DNA from: Candidatus Saccharimonadota bacterium | GTDB taxonomy: Bacteria > Patescibacteriota > Patescibacteriia > 2-12-FULL-60-25 | Assembly: GCA_963718585.1 (NCBI GenBank) | Contig: OY970357.1 | Coordinates: forward strand, 210,001 to 242,000 | Direction: 5' to 3' | Length of the DNA: 32,000 bases | In this document: piece after piece, positions 31,210 to 32,000 of the stretch | How positions within the stretch are numbered: position 1 is the stretch's first letter | How the letters are laid out: every line of letters begins with the position of its first letter | Notes under the pieces: generated by a model | What the model saw: only the letters and a program-made list of their open reading frames with translations | What the model was told of the DNA's origin: nothing | Database searches by the model: none | Translations under genes and position numbers: made by a program

Positions 31210-31229
31210 TATCCAAGGTAAATAAATAT

Positions 31230-31252
31230 GCCCCCGGTGAAGAGCCGGGGGC
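31230..31252. terminator. Bidirectional terminator hairpin between pheT and the convergent gene
   Basis: gcccccgg (31230-31237) pairs with ccgggggc (31245-31252), loop tgaagag. On the + strand it is followed by gttgtgtt; on the minus strand by atatttattta. Confidence 0.7.
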
Positions 31253-31259
31253 GTTGTGT

Positions 31260-31652
31260 TCATGGGAGGGAGGGTCTTTCGGTGTTCGCCATCTCGGTCT
31301 GATAGCGGATCGACGCGTCGAGCGTCTGCTGCTGGCGCTCGACCCGATTCTTGATCCGAATCTCGTAGGCGATCGCTGCGCGGATCTCGGATTTCAACGG
31401 TTCGAGGAGGACGCGTTCGATCGTCACGACGTAGAACCGTCCGAGCCTTCGCTTGAGCTGGACCGATGGCGCCGTGGATTCAGTCCCGACGTTCGGACGC
31501 AGGATCGCGCGAAGGAGTCCGCGGAGCATCGCTTTGAGCTCGTCTTTGCGCCGCGTGGCACGCGCCAACTCTCCCTTGAGGAGATCGAGCTCTTCGCTGA
31601 GCCCGGCGATGTAGGGGTCGTCTGGGAGTTCCAGATCCGTCTCTTTTCCCAT
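31260..31652 (-). CDS. Hypothetical protein (130 aa), probably coiled-coil
   Basis: Perfect SD AGGAGG 5 nt before ATG 31652. The fully overlapping + strand ORF 31254-31667 has no SD and is rejected. Confidence 0.65.
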   Translation of the reverse strand: MGKETDLELPDDPYIAGLSEELDLLKGELARATRRKDELKAMLRGLLRAILRPNVGTESTAPSVQLKRRLGRFYVVTIERVLLEPLKSEIRAAIAYEIRIKNRVERQQQTLDASIRYQTEMANTERPSLP

Positions 31653-31722
31653 GGGAACCTCCTTTGAGGGAAAGACCTGTTCGCTGGTTACTCCTTGGCG
31701 GGATTTCGGTCAAGATTCCAGG

Positions 31723-31734
31723 GCGTGGTATACT
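31723..31734 (+). promoter_or_regulatory. Extended -10 promoter TGgTATACT
   Basis: gcgtggtatact is identical to 66-77. ATG 31741 lies 6 nt downstream. Confidence 0.4.
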
Positions 31735-31740
31735 GTTTCC

Positions 31741-32000
31741 ATGACGCTTAACTCCACGCTCGACGTGCTGTACCTCGTCCTGGCGATCTCCGCCGGATGG
31801 ATCGCGATCTTCATCTGCTGGATGTTGTATGAGATCGCGAAATTATTGCATCAGGCCAATGCGCTCGTGACTGACACGCGCGAGAAGATCTCGCGGTTGG
31901 AACACGCCGTGATGGCTGTCAAAGAGAAATTGGAATCCTCTGCGACATATCTCGGGGCCATCGCCGAAGGGGGGAAATCGCTCTTGTCCTTCCTGCACAC
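31741..32000 (+). CDS. Hypothetical membrane protein, 5' partial (runs off the window)
   Basis: My own translation is MTLNSTLDVLYLVLAISAGWIAIFICWMLYEIAKLLHQANALVTDTREKISRLEHAVMAVKEKLESSATYLGAIAEGGKSLLSFLH, open to the window edge. One TM helix followed by a helical region. Confidence 0.5.
   Translation, partial: MTLNSTLDVLYLVLAISAGWIAIFICWMLYEIAKLLHQANALVTDTREKISRLEHAVMAVKEKLESSATYLGAIAEGGKSLLSFLH

Noticed and set aside
31254-31667. 137-aa plus-strand ORF
   Set aside because: It completely overlaps the minus-strand ORF 31260-31652, which has a perfect AGGAGG SD and a terminator. The plus ORF has neither.

Overview
GC-rich bacterial chromosomal window. The gene content and the pilin family present suggest a Patescibacteria/CPR-like organism (inference only). 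Housekeeping genes on both flanks are confidently recognisable: tRNA-Arg, an MscS-family channel, recG, radA, clpC, htpX, lemA, a PMM/PGM-family mutase, murD, rseP, pheS and pheT. The most unusual part is an accessory block at about 5.4-16.3 kb. It holds three paralogous genes, here called P1 (5377-7404), P2 (7389-8885) and P3 (8916-10763). Each has a signal peptide, a conserved two-helix TrbC/VirB2-like pilin anchor, a Pro/Ser/Thr linker and a different large C-terminal exo-domain. P2 carries a VanY/M15 zinc peptidase, P3 an FGE-sulfatase-like domain, and P1 a 350-aa Cys-rich domain of unknown family. P3 is translationally coupled to a DsbA-like oxidoreductase and a membrane-anchored PD40/TolB-like propeller. 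A 1163-aa low-complexity protein with a Cys-rich C-terminal membrane tail lies just upstream with its own promoter. No T4SS ATPases, transposases, CRISPR arrays or phage genes are visible. Other points worth a second look: P2 seems to need a -1 shift at a T6 run to join its promoter, SD and ATG to the long ORF. A 55-bp near-identical inverted repeat sits inside P2 and P3. At least ten genes have a -10 box 6-9 nt before the ATG, suggesting leaderless mRNAs. A murD with a non-canonical DSKATN region overlaps a PP-loop ATPase gene (MurD2/MurL-like hypothesis). The tRNA-Arg has the archaeal-style GCG anticodon. An unknown ORF is wedged between pheS and pheT, and there is a transglutaminase/EDR1-like Cys-His-Asp protein. 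Many long antisense ORFs in the track are high-GC artefacts. All homology calls rest on motif recognition by eye; no searches were run.
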